Shown: positions 25,001 through 37,000 of the stretch, one piece after another
Position numbering within the stretch: position 1 is the stretch's first letter
How the letters are laid out: each line of letters starts with the position of its first letter
NCBI GenBank assembly: GCA_028534125.1
Contig: CM052816.1
Coordinates: 32,738,001 to 32,802,000, forward strand
Origin: Lama glama
Taxonomy: Eukaryota
Length of the DNA: 64,000 nucleotides
Direction: 5' to 3'
Notes under the pieces: generated by a model
The model's input: the letters and a program-made list of their open reading frames with translations, nothing else
What the model was told of the DNA's origin: nothing
Database searches by the model: none
Translations under genes and position numbers: made by a program

Positions 25001-28000
25001 GTACCTGATAAATAGTAGATAGCAACAATAAATATATGTTAAGTTGGAAGAAAAGACTAATATCCCTTCTAGAAATAGGATTTCTTTATCCGTCATTAAT
25101 CTCCCCTGGAAGTTAAATGAAAAGAGAAAGCTAGAGGTAAATTATACAGTCAGATCCCTGTTTACTTAGTATATAGCTATGTGTGTAATTCAGATATGAA
25201 TTGATTCTCAGATTTTCTAGTTAATGTTTAGAATCAGATCGCTAGTGATATAATCAGTAAGTAGTCATAAAATTCAACCAAGAATGGGAAAGAGATGATA
25301 CAGTAAGAAAACCTTTTCTGCTGCCAATATGTGTTTTTAAACCTTTTATTATGGAAAATTTCAAATATGTACCAAGACAGACAGAATAATACAGTAATCC
25401 ACGTGTACCCTACCCACTTTGCCCTCCTATTTTATTTTTGAAGATTCCAGTCATCATCACCATTTCTTGCATAAATATTTTACTGTTTATTTCCAAAAGG
25501 TAGGAGCACTTTTTAAAATTGAAGTATTGTTGACTTACAATATTGTGTTAGTTTCAGGTGTACAGCAAAGTGATTCAGTTATATATATATTTTTTTTTCC
25601 AATAACTTTCCATAATAGGTTATTGTAAGATACTGAGTATAGTTCTCTGTACTATATAGTAAATCCTTATTGTTTATCTGTTTTATTTATAATGATATTT
25701 ATCTGTTAATCCTAGACTCCTAATTTATCCCCCCACCCACCTTTGATAAACATGTTTGTTTTCTACGTCTAAGAACTCTTTTTTTTATCGAAATATAATT
25801 GATTTACAATATTGTGTTAGTTTCTGGTATACAGCAAAGTGATTCAGTTACATTTCTTAAAATTATTTTTCCATTATAGGTTATTACAAGGTACTGAACA
25901 TAGTTACTCCCTGTGCTATACAGTAAATTCTTGTTGCTTATCCATTTTGTGTATAGTTGTTTGTGTCTTTGTCTGTTAATTCCATACTCCTAATATATTC
26001 CCCACCATGAGTTTGGTAACCATGAGATTGTTTTCTGTGTCTGTGAGTCTGCTTCTGTTTTGTATATACATTTATTTTTATTACTATTTAGATTCCACAT
26101 ATAAGTGATATCATAATACTTGTTTTTCTCTGGCTTCATTTAGTATGATATTCTCTAGGTCCATCCATTTTGCTGCAAATGATAATATTTCATTCTTTTT
26201 TTGTCGCCAAGTAACATTTCATTGTATATGTATACAACATCTTCTTAAATCAGTTGTCTCTTGATGGACACTTGGGTCATTTCCATGTCTTGGCTATTGT
26301 AAATAGAGCTGCTGTGAACATTGAGGTGCATGTATCTTTTCAAATTAGAGTTTTTGTCTTTTTAGGAAGTATGCCCAAGAGTAAGATTGCTGGATCATGT
26401 GGTAGCTCTATTTTTAGTTTTTTAAGGAACCTCCATATTGTTTTCCATTCAGGCTGTACCAGATTACGTTCCTACCAACAGTGTAGGAGGGTTCCGTTTT
26501 CTCCACACCCTCTCCAGCATTTATTGTTAGAGACTTTTGGATGATAGCCTTTCTCACTGGTGTAAGGTGACACTTAATTGTGGTTTCACTTTGCATTTCT
26601 CTAATAATTAGTGCTGTTGAGTATCTTTTCAAGTGCCTGTTGGCCATTTGTATGTTCTATTTGGAAAAATGTCTGTTTAGGTCTTCTGCCTATTTTTTGA
26701 TTGGGTTTTTTTTTTTAAATTGAGTTGTATAAGCTGTTTGTATATTTTGGATATTAACCGTTTGTCAGTTGCATCATTTACAGATATTTTCTCCCATTCT
26801 ATATGTTGTCTTTTCATTTTGTTGATGGTTTCCTTTGCTGTGCAAAAGCTTTTAAATTTAATTAGATACCATTTGTTTATTTTTGCCTTTATTTCTTTTG
26901 TCTTGGGAGACAGGTCTAAGAAAATACTGCCATGCTATGTCTGAGAATGTTTTGCCTGTGTTTTCTTCTAGGAGTTTTATGGTGTTATGTCTTATATTTA
27001 GGCCTTTAAACCAGTTTGAGTTTATTTTTGTATATGATGTGAGGGAGTGTTCTAACTTCACTGATTTACATATAGCTGTCCAACTTTCCCAACACCACTT
27101 GCTGAAGAGACTGTCTTTCTCCATTGTATATTCTTGCCTCCTTTGTCATAGATTAATTGACCATAGGCATGTGGGTTTATTTCTGGGCTCTCTATTCTGT
27201 TCCATTGATATATATGTCTTTTTTTTTTTTAGTAAATACCATACTGTTTTGATTACTGTAGCTTTGTGGTATTTTCTGAAGTCCCAGAGCAATCTACAGA
27301 TTTAATGCAATCTTTGTCAAAATGCCCATGACATTTTACACAGAACTATAGCAAATGATATTAAAATTTATATGGAATCACAAAAACCCAGGATTGCCAA
27401 AGCAATCCTGAGGAAGAAGAACAAAGAACACTTTTTAAAAATACATAGCTATAGTGTCATTATTACACTCCTAAAGAAACTAACAGTAATTTCTTAATAG
27501 CATTAGATATCCAGTCAGTTTTGCAAATGTTTTATAAATGTCAAAATTTTTCAATTTATTTGACTCAGGGGTGAGATGAGGTTCATGCACTGAGATTGGT
27601 TAATATGTCTTTGAAGTCTCTTTTAATCTATAGATTTTCTCTTTATCTTTTAGTTTTTTGTTGTTTGTTGAAGAACCAAAGTTGTTTATCTTCTAGAGTT
27701 TTCCATAGTCTGTCTGAATTTTGCTGATAATACCTCCATTGTGAAGTTTGACATGTTCCTTCCTCTATCTTCTGTATTGCTTATACACTGTCTTTTCAGT
27801 CTAGAGATGTGATCAAATTTGGGTTAAACCCTTTTTTTTTTTTTGACAAGACTTTTTCCTAGGTGGCATTGTGTTCTTCCATCAGGAAGCATATAATGTC
27901 TGGTTGTCTGTTTTTTTGTGATATTAACAGCCATTGATACTTACTGCCTAGCTCCATTAATTTGTTAAAGGTTACAAAATTAACTGTAATATTTCTTTAA

Positions 28001-31000
28001 AGAGAAACTTCTCCTTATCTATACTATTTGATTACTGCCAGGGACAGTTTGTATGAAAAAAAAAGGCAGGACAGGGGCAGTGCTTGCTTCTCCCCCTTTT
28101 ACGAGAGGTTTCACAGTGAGTCGGACACTGCTGCTACCTTTGCAGTGAACCCTTCTGTGTCACTTTCTAAAGTGAGCAGGAGAGGATAGAAGAGGGGCTC
28201 TGACCCAGCAAGTGTAACTGAAATTGACTCTGTCCCAACGCTGCTAATTTTAATGCTCAGACATAGTCCTTTGAGGGCCCTCAGCGAAGATTTGAGTGCC
28301 TGTAATAGCAGTGGATATTTAAGGGTGAATAAGGAGAATCAAAATAAAAAGATACTTGATTCTAATATATAGTGGAAAGGAATTGTGCTTACTTGAAGGG
28401 GTCCCCTCCAGCCATTCGTCTTATCCCCACCTCTCTACTCCCCAACCCATTTTTCACTCTATTAACTTTTTTCCTCACCCCTTTCACCTGAAAGATATTG
28501 TAAAACTCTTTCATCACTGTTCAGTGTCTGTTTACTAAGCATCTGCATTATGCAAAGACTGTTCTCAACCCTAAGATGTGGTGGTGAGCTAGATAGATGC
28601 TAACTTGTCGTCAAGAAGCTTATACTCTAGAATTAAGATGGATGAGCACTTTCCACAAAGTGTGTTATGGTGTGGAAAGTGTGGATTTTGGTCCTAGAGG
28701 AAGTTACCATTTCATTTATTCTAACACCTTTAAAATGGGTAAATTAAGTATAGTAATGTAGGTAAAAGATGACGGTGGCTTGGGAGTTAGGGAAGAACTG
28801 ACTTGAGTCAGTTAGTCAGCAGATACCTGAGTATCTGGGAAGATTTAGGAAATGTAATCCGTAAAGTTTTAATGTCAGATGAGAGGGTTGAGGAGGAAGG
28901 AGAAATCAAGAATGACTTCCAGATTTTTGTCTTAGGCAGCTAGAGGGATGGCCATGCATTTCAGCGCTAACACTAGATAAGGAGCAAGTTTGTAAGGGAA
29001 AATAATCTAGTTTCAGAAATGTTAGGTTTAAAAATGTTAAGCTGGAATGAAGTAGAAATGTCAGATAGGCTATTAGAGAATAGGTTTGGAATTGAACGGA
29101 AGGGTGAAAAATGTAAAGTTAAAGGTATGGGAGAGTTTTACATCCCCTGTGATTATAGAACGAGAAGATGGAAACCCAGGTTAAAATCCCAAAGCCAGAG
29201 AACAGTATTGTTCCAAAATAGAGGAAATAGTTAACAGTGTCCACCATTGACAATAAGGACTGAAAAATCTTTTGAGAGGTTTCACCAGATAAAGAAGTCA
29301 GGTGCCGATCTTGGCAAGAGCAGTTTCATTGGCTTGCTTTCTTCTCTACCTTGTCGTACCAGAGTGAATGAAAAGTAGAAGAGAGCAATTTGAACTAACT
29401 CCAGAAAGTCTGAGTGTAAACTGCCCAAGAGAGAAAAGGCCAATAACTGACACAGAGTACAGTTTTGAGAGAAAATTGAGAGATTATTTATTGTTGTTGG
29501 TTTTTTGGGGTTTTTTTTTTTAAGGTAGAAGAGACAAGCATGTTTGAATGATAATGGGAAGGAGCCAGTAGGAAGAAAGCTTGAAGATCCAAAAGAATAA
29601 AGAGAAATAGGGAGGGCAGGGATCTAGAGCACACCTAGTAGATGGGCCTTAGATGGAGAGTGTGTCTCAGAAGCAGCAGCAGGAGAAGGTGGAGATGGAT
29701 ATGGAGGCAGGTGGCTTTGTCAGCTTGGTAGCAAGAAGTTTGAGGCAGTTCTGTCCGATGGCTTCTATTTATATGTAAATTAGAATGTAAAATTATTTGT
29801 GGCAAAGGAAGAAGAAGGGCCACGTTTTTATACAAAAGGAGATATATCTAAAATAGCCACTGTGAGAAAATTAAGGAGAGTGACTATGGAAATACAAGGA
29901 TTGCAGGTGGGGTACTAAGGGCCCCGGTGTACTGGCGACCATAAATGTTATATGGGCAGCATCCCGGAGAACTATGTGACATTCTCGCATGCTCAGATTT
30001 CTCAAATACTGCTCAGCAGTCCATATTAGCATGTAGGGAAATCAGTTGGATTTATCTGCATTCTCCGTGTTTCCAGACAGATAGGATGGAATAACCATGG
30101 GGCAGAGGTACTGAAAAACTAACAAGAGAATTATGGAAGTGATGGACCACAGTATATCTAAGCTGGAGATACTTTGTGGTCCATCAAGAGATTCATGCAC
30201 TGGGTATTCCAGTCATTTCAAAGAAGCTTTCTTGGGGATGGTTAAAGGAGATTTCCAGAAGAATAGGTTATCAGAGTTATAACAAGCACATTATTCAGAG
30301 TTGGCACATTTTGGGGTAATGGAAATGGTCCAGGATACAGCCATAGATGGCAGTGGCTAAGATGGAGTAGAGGAGGAAAATGTCATTGAGGATACCAGAG
30401 AACTGAGAGGCCAAGGCTTTGAATGGGACATAAGTTACCCAGAATGGTGGCAGTAATTAAAGTAGAAGGAAGTCAGTGACCGTTGTGCCAGAGTTACTTA
30501 ATGATTGAGGACGGTGAGTGGGTGGTTAATAGGTGATAGCACTGGGCAAAGGGAAAGGTGATTATAACACAAGGAGGTTTGGGGTTATTACAGGAAAGTG
30601 GAGGAATGTGGTGCTGAAGCGTGAGGAGAACATAGGATTGTGCTTCCTCTTCACTCCTAGGTCGCAGGGTGTAGGAGAGAGGGCTGCAGCAGGGACTGGC
30701 TTCCTATGAGAGCTAGGTTTCAGGAGTGAAAGGAGAAGTACGTGAAAAGTTGAGGATGTATGGAGTGTGGAGCTGGAATTTCCAAAGGAAGTTTGGATAG
30801 GAAAGAAAATAGGAGATAGGGTCTCACACATAACATTTTTGGACTAAGAGTTAGGAACAATATGGAGAATACTTTTATGTTTGGACAGTGAGCAAGGCCG
30901 ATTTAATGTATGTGCAGTATGACTGTTTTAATAGGTCTTGAGTTTGTGAGTTAATCACACTCAGATTTCTTCAGAATTTAGTCATGAGTTGGGTGGGAAA

Positions 31001-34000
31001 CACTTCTTAGGAAATTACATTTCTTGCAGGTTACCATTTGTCTGCTACCTCTGAAAGATGTCACTGCAGACCTGGCCATAATAAAAGCACCCAGGAAAGA
31101 TTCTCAAGGCTCAAGTTCTAGGCTTATAGGTAGAGTGAGTATGGGAATATGCTCTTGAAATCTCCTTATAATAAATGCATCTGGATTTCTAGCTAGGTAG
31201 ATTGGGAGAGCAAGGTGGGGAGTGTCCCAAAGCTAAGCTTAAAGACAATTTGGTATCTACACTGAAATGAATGTCAGAAACACATTTTATTGTGGACATA
31301 GGTTTTCCTTTGTTTCAAGATTTAACCCCTTGCTTCTTTTTTTGTTTCAAGCAGTGTGTTAGTTATCTGTTGCTGCTTAACAAATTTAGCAGCTTAAAAC
31401 AACCAACATTTATTGTTGTTTCTGTAGGTCAGGAATCTTGATGCAGCTTAGCTGAGCACCTCTGGTTCAGGACTCACAGGCCGCAGTCTAGTTGGCCGGA
31501 GCCACGGTCATCTCAGGAATTGACTAGGGGAAGGTCTGCTTCTAAGCTCACTCATATGGCTGTTGACAGGCCTCATGTCCTCAGTCTGTTGGCCAGAGAT
31601 ATCAGTTCCTTGCCACTAGGGCCTCTGCAAAGGGCAGTTCACAACATAGTATCTGGCTTCCCTCAGAGAGAACAAAAGAGAGTACCCAAGATGGAAGCCG
31701 CAGTCCTTGTAACCTTGTCTTGGAAGTGACTTTGCATCACCTTTGCAGCAGTCTGTTCACTAGAAGCCATTCACTAAATCTAGCTTGTACTCAAAGGCGG
31801 GGGGATTACATAAGGGCATGAATACTAGGAGACAAGAATCCTTAGGGTTTGTCTTAGATCCTAACTACCAGGAACAGTAAAAATATGTAGGTATCCTCGA
31901 AGATAGTATTTTTCCTTCAGGATAAGGAGTCATTCCCCTTCTACTGTTGACCAAGAAAGGTCTGTTGCTTAAATTTCCTTAAGTCTCCTGACTATTCTCT
32001 TTACCTTGAGTCTTGGTCCTTCAAATCCCTCCTCTTTATTGCAATCAGAATAAGCTCTTTGTCTCCAGATCAGTCAGTCAGTCAATCTATCTATCTGTCT
32101 TTCACACACACACTGTGTTCTTTCTAACTTTTGCTTATGCTTCTTCCTGGTCTGGGCTGCCCTGTGGCTAACCCCCCTCCTTTTATTAACTAGTAGTTCA
32201 AGTCCAAAATCAGATAGCACTTTACCCTGTACTCATTGAGTATATGCCATTCCTCTGTGTTCACACGGCCTCTGTCAAAGCACGTATTACTGCTGTGTAC
32301 TTACGTGTTGAGCAACCTGTCTAGACTCTGTGTGCAGTGAGGGTGGAAATGTCATATTCAGTTACATTCCTAGTGACTAGAACTGCACCCAGAAAGTAGC
32401 AGGAGCTCAATAAATGTTGTTACTTGGTTGCATGTGAATTGGAACACCACCATAGAAGCACGCAGTAGCTGGTGGTTGTGGAAAGGGATGCAGGATGAGT
32501 CTTTCTCTGCCAACCTTCCCTCTGCCCTGAGGAGGTTCCTGCTCCTCCAAACTGAGAAGAATCCCTAGAGGACTAATCAGCATGAAGCATCCAGAACCAC
32601 ATAAGGAGAAGAGACTAGAAAGGGGAGCCACACTGGGGTTCTGTACCAAGATTCTTACTCTCACCCTAGATTTCCCTATGTGGGTGTGTGTAAGTGGGTA
32701 CTCATATGCTTCTATATGGGGAGATATCAAAAAGACCTCTCGAGGTGTGACTTCTTAAAATCAGTTTTATTGTGGAAAGAGTAACATACAATAAAATGTA
32801 CCCATTTTAAATACAGTTTAAATAAAGTTGAATGAATTTTACATTTACAGTTTTTTTCTACAATTACATTTACAAATTTAATTTTCTCTTAAAAACGATA
32901 TTTGTTGTCTTTGACAGAATGAATCACCATTCTGACAGATGTGAGGTGATAACGTTTTGATTTGTGTTTCTGTAATAATGAGTGATGTTGAGCATTTTTT
33001 CATGTTCCTGTTGGCCATCTGTATGTCTTTTTTGGAGAAATGTCTGTTCAGCTCTTCTGTCCATTTTTTGATTGGGTTGTTTATTTTTTTGATCTTGAGT
33101 TGTGCGAGCTTGTTTACATATTTTGGATATTAACCCTTTGTCAGTCACATCATTTGCAAATATTTTCTCCCATTTTAGAGGTTGTCTTTTCATTTTGTCT
33201 GTGGTGTCTTTTGCTGTGCAAAAGCTTTTTAGGTTCCATTTGTTTATTTTTGCTTTTATTTCTTTTACCTTAAGAGATAGATTAAAAAAAATAGTGCTTC
33301 AATTTATGTCAGACTGTTCCGTGTTCTCTTCTAGCACACTCTCCATATTCATTGCTTTACACAGACTTCCATCTGTCTCCTCCCAAAATCCAAGGCCTTT
33401 AAATATTATTTTAAGTAGTTTATAGGCATTAGTTGTTTCTTCCTGTTTTCCATCAGTATTATGGTGCTTATGCTGCCTCAGCTTTCTCAGTGCAATTATG
33501 TTTTCATGTCTTTCTCCAGTAGACATTTCATGCAGTCTTCTCTGTACTCTGAGCTCCTGGAGAACTTGGACTGTACCAAATTCACAGTTTTGTGGTAATT
33601 TAGAGCATTTCATCACTCAGTAGAATGTTCTGTTAATCAGTTTATATTAAACTGAATGTGGTTTCATGCCTTTTGATTTGTGAAGGAATATTACTCTAGG
33701 ATTTCTTCAGTGTTTGGTTACTTCTGTATTGTACTTTAACTGTCTTTTGCAATAGTCTTTTTTTTCCTTCTTTTTCTCTGAAGTCTACTTACGTATATAG
33801 GTAAAAATATTCATTTTGAGCAGTTACAACGTTCACACTTTTAACGGTATATTTAGCTGTTTACCTAAAGACATTCATTTGGCATACTTTAATATGAAGT
33901 TGGCTATATTTATCTATAATCTAAATTATACTGTCTATCATTTGCTTAATTTCTAGGGTTCAACTGCACGAATAGATTACGAAACAGCCAGTGTTTTGAG

Positions 34001-37000
34001 TTCTAGTAGCACGCACTCTGCTCCTCGAAGACTGACAAGTCATCTGGGAACCAAGGTAACAGAGTATAAGCCTTGTCACTAGTACTAGTACTCTTAATAC
34101 TTTATTAAAACCTGTGTCATTCATCTTTTAAATTCAGCTAGAGGAGAATTCTGTTTCTATCACCACAGTCTCTTAAAGAAATGACACCCACTTCTCTGCA
34201 AGTAATCTTAAGCTCTAGCCCAGCTGCTTCCCAATCACTCCCGGTGACTTTCTGCCTCTGGGCCTTGCCTGCAGTGGCAAACACCTCCACTCCTGCCCCA
34301 CCGCAGAATGACTGTCAGAACCCTAGCCAGCCTTCAGAACTCTTCTTAGGCTTTATTTCTCTACAAAACATTTTATGACTCCCAGGGTCCTCTCTCCTCC
34401 CCATGCAGTCTGGCTACCTCCTTTGAATCACTACAGTTGGAGCACAGGGACTGTTTTTTATTTATCCTTTATAGCATCTAGCTCAGAGCCTGCACATAAT
34501 GAGGGTTTAATAAATACTAATTTAAGTGGATGGAAAATTATTGACATTGAATGTTATCCACTGCTGATAAATGAGCTTTCTTAGGGTCTCTTAGATGTTA
34601 GTAAATATTTTAGGACTTGAGAATAGAATGTTTGAAAAGAAAATAGTTACTTTTATTATTGTTTTAAAGCCAGAGGCTTTAATATTGTATGAACAAAGAT
34701 GAAATTCTAGTATTACTCAACAATATATTTTCAGTTCAATCTAAATAATTCCATTAGTTGTTTTTACACCATATTGTACATATTCTTCATTTACTTTAAT
34801 AATATAATGGCTCTTAGGAAAAGCACTACTGAAATAACTAATACTGATTTAAGAAATGAATTTTAGAGTGTCAGTGGTATTGTTAATATGAGACTTAATC
34901 CTTTTAATAACTCATAATATCTGCTGCTTGGGATGTATGCCAGTATGCCAGTAACTGTGCTAGAAATTGTATGTTTATTCTCTATGATCTTGTCAAAAAT
35001 CCTTTGGAATATTCTTGTCCTTCTTTTCAAAATGAGAATACTGGAGCAAAAAAAAGAGGTTCAGACAGCTGTTGTGTAATTAAATTGGAATTCAACCCCA
35101 GATCTGTCCAACATCAACAAGTAGCTTTTACTATAATGAAAATCTCTGATGCTCAGCAGCACTGTTGCATGAACACTGGCAACTAGAGTACCATTTCCTT
35201 TTCAAGTGATTTATGATGGTAATATTAAGACCTTACTAGATTTTTGAATGCCAGTTACCGTCCTATACATGTATTATTTCATTTAATCTTCACAAAGTAA
35301 ACACTATTAGGTAAATTTCTCCATTTTGCAACTGAGGTAACTGGGCCTCAGAGAACTCCAATAACTTGGTCATGTCACGCAGCTCACTTGTAAATGGTGG
35401 CGCCAGAATTTGAAAGCCTGTTTGTCCTCAGTTCTGAACTGCCTTCCCAAAGCTTTCATATCTAAGAGTAGTGTGTGTTTACACTTTTAGAGTAGAGTTT
35501 CTCAACCTCAGCATTACTGGCTGGATAATTCCTTATTGCACTGTAGGATATTTAGCAGCAGATATTCACCTGGTCTTTACCCACTGGATGCTTGTCGCTT
35601 TTCCTCCCAAGTTGTGACCACCAAAAATGTCTCTAAGATGTTGCCGAATGTGCCTCAGGGTGGTCAAAACAGCCCCTGATTAAGAACCACTAATTGAAAG
35701 ACATGATACACGTTTTATATGATAAGCCTCTATTTTTACGCAATAGCTCTAGCTCCTAAGTAAAGTCTTAGAACTCATTGTCAGAGAGTAATTGATGTTT
35801 ACCAGCTGCTTTAAAGAGAAAGTTGAATAAGAATCCTCACTTTGTACCCCTATATGATCAGGGCATTTTTCATTTTATAACAGATTTTTACTTGTATAAG
35901 GGAGAAATCATAATTTTAACGATATTATTATTGTAATCTGGTGAGGTTTAGTGATTGCTGGAACTAGTACTTAGTAAATAATAATTGTTAAAAATGTTTC
36001 CTATTTATTGATCATGGTTGTAGATTTTAAAAAATTAAAATGTTAATATGTAAAGAATTTAGATAAACCACATTTCTATCTCTGTGTGTGTGTGTTTTGA
36101 GAGAGGGAAAAAAAGTTGATTGTCGTTCATAATCAATGAATTATCACCAGCTGATCCAGACAAACAACAATTTAAGTATGCAAGAGCCTACTTTCTCTTT
36201 CAACACTGTATACTACCGCTACTAATATTTACTCATAAACAAATTTGTGATGATTATATGGATTTTGAAATAACGCTCATTACTTCATCCTGGAGAGGGG
36301 TTTTGATTTTGTTTTTGTTTTTTTAATGAGTTACAATAAATATCCCATTCATCACTTCATTGGTGTTGACTTTTGGATATTAAAGTCATAATTTTGTTTC
36401 TAAACTCATTTGGCCCACAGGTGGAAATGGTGTATTCATTGTTGTCAATGCTTGGTACTCATGATAAGGATGATATGTCGCGAACTTTGCTAGCTATGTC
36501 TAGCTCCCAAGACAGCTGTATATCCATGCGACAGTCTGGATGTCTTCCTCTCCTCATCCAGCTTTTACATGGCAATGACAAAGACTCTGTGTTGTTGGGA
36601 AATTCCCGGGGCAGTAAAGAGGCTCGGGCCAGGGCCAGTGCAGCACTCCACAACATCATTCACTCACAGCCTGATGACAAGAGAGGCAGGCGTGAAATCC
36701 GAGTCCTTCATCTTTTGGAACAGATACGAGCTTACTGTGAAACCTGTTGGGAGTGGCAGGAAGCCCATGAACAAGGCATGGACCAGGACAAAAATCCAAG
36801 TATGTTCCCTATAGTGCATGTTACAAAGCAAATGTAAAAGTTTCTGAAATGAAAACTTTTTTAGTTAGGATGGTGTCTTTATGAATAGGAGTGGGAAATT
36901 CATATTACCCATCTACACTGCTAACATAGTTTAAAGCTTAATTTCTGTATTTCCCTAGAAAAAATTAGCAAAGGAAAATGTTACGTGTACTACAATGCAA

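Noticed and set aside
26254..27305. Cluster of 74-140 aa ORFs (also 32924-33425)
   Set aside because: Fragments or antisense readings of degenerate L1 ORF2.
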